Below, in pieces: positions 62,840 through 64,000 of a stretch of 64,000 nt of DNA (positions are counted from its first letter, which is position 1; the number at the start of each line of letters is the position of its first letter). Under the pieces are notes generated by a model. The model was not told the origin of the DNA. It made no database searches and worked only from the letters and a program-made list of their open reading frames with translations. Source of the stretch: Actinomycetota bacterium (GTDB lineage Bacteria > Actinomycetota > Acidimicrobiia > IMCC26256 > JACDBD01); NCBI GenBank assembly GCA_046724655.1, contig JBKOWY010000018.1, positions 8,863 through 72,862 of the forward strand, read 5' to 3'. The position numbers and the translations under genes were made by a program.

Positions 62840-63925
62840 ATGAACCGCAAGCTGCGGTCATTCCTCCGGCGGCGGGGCACCACGGCCGAGGAAATCGAAC
62901 GAGCCGAGCGCGAAGGCAGGCTGGTCGTGCTGGCGTTCGACTACCGGCTCATGCCCGGCCGGCCTCGCTACACGTTCGCCGAAGCATGTCGCCGTGCTGA
63001 TTTCGACGAGGTGACGCTGAAGCGACTCTGGCGCGCGTTGGGGTTTCCCGATCCCCCGCCCGGCGAGCGATTGTTTCGCGACGAGGACGTCGAGGCCATC
63101 ATCACGATGCGCCGGCAGATCGAATCCACGATCGTCCCCGTTGGCGAGAATCTCGAAGGGATTGTCCAGATCGTGCGGGTCGTCGCCGGCTCGTTGGCGA
63201 AGATCGCCGAGGTCGAGAGCGACGCGCTGGCGAGCGCTGTGCGGGAACGACGGCGGGCCGGGATACCCGAGGACGACATCGCCGCCGAAGTCCTGGAGTC
63301 GTTGGACTGGTCGAGGCTGTCACGGCTCATCGACTACGCGTTGCGGCTGCAGCTCCGGGCGGCGGCGCGTCGCAAGCTGACCGCGACGAATCCGGACGCG
63401 AGCGGAGCCGAGAACCTGGCGGTCGGCTTCGTGGATCTCGTGGGTTATACGGCGTTGAGCCAGGAGCTCGAGCCCGAAGAGCTCGCCGCGCTCGTGACAC
63501 GATTCGAGGAGCTCGCCTACGACACGGTGGCCGAGCACGCCGGTCGTGTCGTGAAGACCATCGGCGACGAGGTGATGTTCGTCGATGCCGAGATCGCGAA
63601 CGCGGCCAACATCGCGCTGCGTCTCACCGAACGATCTGCGGTAGACGAGTTGCTGCCCGAAGCGCGCGCCGGGCTGGCAGCCGGCACGGTTCTTTCGCAG
63701 GAGGGCGACTACTACGGTCCGGTCGTCAATCTGGCCAGCCGGCTGGTGGAGCTGCCACGGCCGGGCACCGTGCTCGCGTCCAGCGAAGTGCGCGACACCC
63801 TCGCCGACGACCCCGCGTTCATCTGGCACCGCCTCCGTAGTCGCCGCATCCGAGACATCGGACGGGTCGAAGTCTGGGCGCTCGAGCGTGCCCGCGAGCA
63901 GGTGCCGGAGCCGGAGGGCGGGTAA
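62840..63925 (+). CDS. class III adenylate/guanylate cyclase domain protein with N-terminal helical domain
   Basis: LAVGFVDLVGYTALS, VKTIGDEVMFV and GPVVNLASRL match the cyclase domain. The start is at the internal ATG 62840. Confidence 0.85.
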   Translation: MNRKLRSFLRRRGTTAEEIERAEREGRLVVLAFDYRLMPGRPRYTFAEACRRADFDEVTLKRLWRALGFPDPPPGERLFRDEDVEAIITMRRQIESTIVPVGENLEGIVQIVRVVAGSLAKIAEVESDALASAVRERRRAGIPEDDIAAEVLESLDWSRLSRLIDYALRLQLRAAARRKLTATNPDASGAENLAVGFVDLVGYTALSQELEPEELAALVTRFEELAYDTVAEHAGRVVKTIGDEVMFVDAEIANAANIALRLTERSAVDELLPEARAGLAAGTVLSQEGDYYGPVVNLASRLVELPRPGTVLASSEVRDTLADDPAFIWHRLRSRRIRDIGRVEVWALERAREQVPEPEGG

Positions 63926-64000
63926 CCGACCGCTGGATTGACCCTTCGGGTGCGGTACTTTTGCGCCGACATGTCTGGTAATTCCCGTGACTCCGCAGGC

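Noticed and set aside
63971-64000. Possible gene start at the right edge (ATG 63971, MSGNSRDSAG...).
   Set aside because: Only 10 codons are visible, which is too little to support a call.

Overview
This is a GC-rich, actinobacterial-type chromosomal segment with genes packed on both strands. Third codon positions are almost all G/C. I support about 60 protein genes, 2 tRNAs, several decayed genes and a set of small repeats and regulatory sites.

Core content:
- Branched-chain amino-acid synthesis at three loci: leuA, leuCD and leuB-ilvE-cimA.
- serA, an aspartate-type aminotransferase, a DEAD-box helicase and greA.
- gltX followed by tRNA-Gln and tRNA-Glu.
- HU, plsC-gpsA, a GH38 mannosidase, amt, rpiB and rnhB.
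- The SOS mutasome imuA'-imuB ... dnaE2.
- A cation/Mg2+ transport cluster: an MgtE-like membrane protein, a PhoU/RCK_C protein, a P-type ATPase and CorA.

Many long ORFs in the supplied track are Arg/Pro/Gly-rich antisense shadows of real genes. One real gene (3..1385, minus strand) is missing from the track.

Most worth a second look:
1. A four-gene operon at 12494-19092. It encodes a receiver-less OmpR-type regulator, a 901-aa fusion of a CPA2 cation/proton antiporter to the HD-like plus double-ACT part of GlnD (no nucleotidyltransferase domain), and a HyuA/HyuB hydantoinase/oxoprolinase pair.
2. The promoter of that operon is a near copy of the GlnR-box-like promoter in front of amt.
3. 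Two leader-peptide attenuators: a Leu-codon leader before leuA and an IVIVI leader before leuB-ilvE-cimA.
4. A 65-bp tandem repeat made of ATGA-coupled mini-ORFs. A diverged third copy upstream of gltX shows compensatory stem changes.
5. A DUF559 endonuclease-like gene bracketed by two copies of a palindromic hairpin, next to an acyl-CoA dehydrogenase pseudogene that carries many single-base indels.
6. An HU gene followed by a separate gene for an Arg-rich, H1-like repeat protein.
7. A mutasome split by a 3.7-kb wedge of partly decayed genes, with each half keeping its own LexA box.

Everything was read by eye. No database search or folding program was run, and family names are recognition calls, not search results.
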